From: Verrucomicrobiales bacterium
GTDB taxonomy: Bacteria; Verrucomicrobiota; Verrucomicrobiia; Methylacidiphilales; JAAUTS01
NCBI GenBank assembly: GCA_031256975.1
Contig: JAIRPN010000018.1
Span: forward strand, 807-64,806
DNA: 64,000 nucleotides
Direction: 5' to 3'
Shown here: positions 63,860 through 64,000 of the stretch, piece by piece
Layout: every line of letters begins with the position of its first letter
How positions within the stretch are numbered: position 1 is the first letter of the stretch
Position numbers and translations under genes: made by a program
Notes under the pieces: model-generated
Seen by the model: the letters and a program-made list of their open reading frames with translations, nothing else
Database searches by the model: none
What the model was told of the DNA's origin: nothing

Positions 63860-64000
63860 TTATAGTTTGCAGATTGCCAGGGTGGCGAGGACGAAGGGCA
63901 GATAAAAAATCGAGGCCAGGAACAATTTCCGCGCGCTTGCGGGCGAGGGGTTGAAGGCGAAGCCAAGGGAGGCAAGCAGATAGAGTGCGTTGCCGATGAG
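63860..64000 (-). CDS. C-terminal fragment of a polytopic membrane protein (possibly UbiA-family prenyltransferase / heme O synthase-like)
   Basis: Own translation: ..LIGNALYLLASLGFAFNPSPASARKLFLASIFYLPFVLATLAICKL-stop (TAA at 63860..63862). The gene continues past the window end. The family guess is weak. Confidence 0.3.
   Translation of the reverse strand, partial: LIGNALYLLASLGFAFNPSPASARKLFLASIFYLPFVLATLAICKL

Overview
Gene-dense, GC-rich chromosomal segment (GC about 55-60% judged by eye, not computed) with about 60 protein genes and two tRNA(CAU) genes. I found no rRNA, CRISPR array, transposase, integrase or prophage genes. The gene content (several PEP-CTERM proteins, prepilin-type pseudopilins, giant TPR proteins, ExbB/ExbD clusters) suggests a Verrucomicrobiota-like Gram-negative bacterium; this is an inference.

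Housekeeping and metabolic genes:
- CBS-domain family II pyrophosphatase, cardiolipin synthase, purD, NDH-2, DUF1015 protein, pterin-4a-carbinolamine dehydratase, nagZ, typA/bipA.
- One continuous ORF that fuses a low-molecular-weight phosphatase, a degenerate RpiB-like module and serine hydroxymethyltransferase.
- NCS2 permease, ClC channel, cstA.

Accessory block (about 42-59 kb):
- Three tandem PEP-CTERM cassette genes that share a conserved leader and terminator.
- A minor-pseudopilin operon in GspH-I-J-K order, ending in a 973-aa K/PilX-like protein.
- A divergent operon: TPR, lipoprotein, ExbB, ExbD, ExbD, membrane-anchored VWA protein, EEP nuclease. An S1/P1 nuclease gene converges on it.

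The right end carries an srsABC-like operon (type III PKS, methyltransferase, flavoprotein).

The most striking non-genic signal is a heavily over-represented DNA word with core TTAGCG/CGCTAA, often extended to CGCTAAYGGYGA. I logged about 100 copies by eye, in both orientations and in several reading frames. It also occurs as inverted pairs after genes, and I found no copy in the roughly 12-kb PEP-CTERM/pseudopilin/TPR block. Other candidates are a structured sRNA with its own terminator (3.8-4.0 kb), a tandem hairpin repeat inside the pseudopilin operon and a 29-nt-arm inverted repeat.
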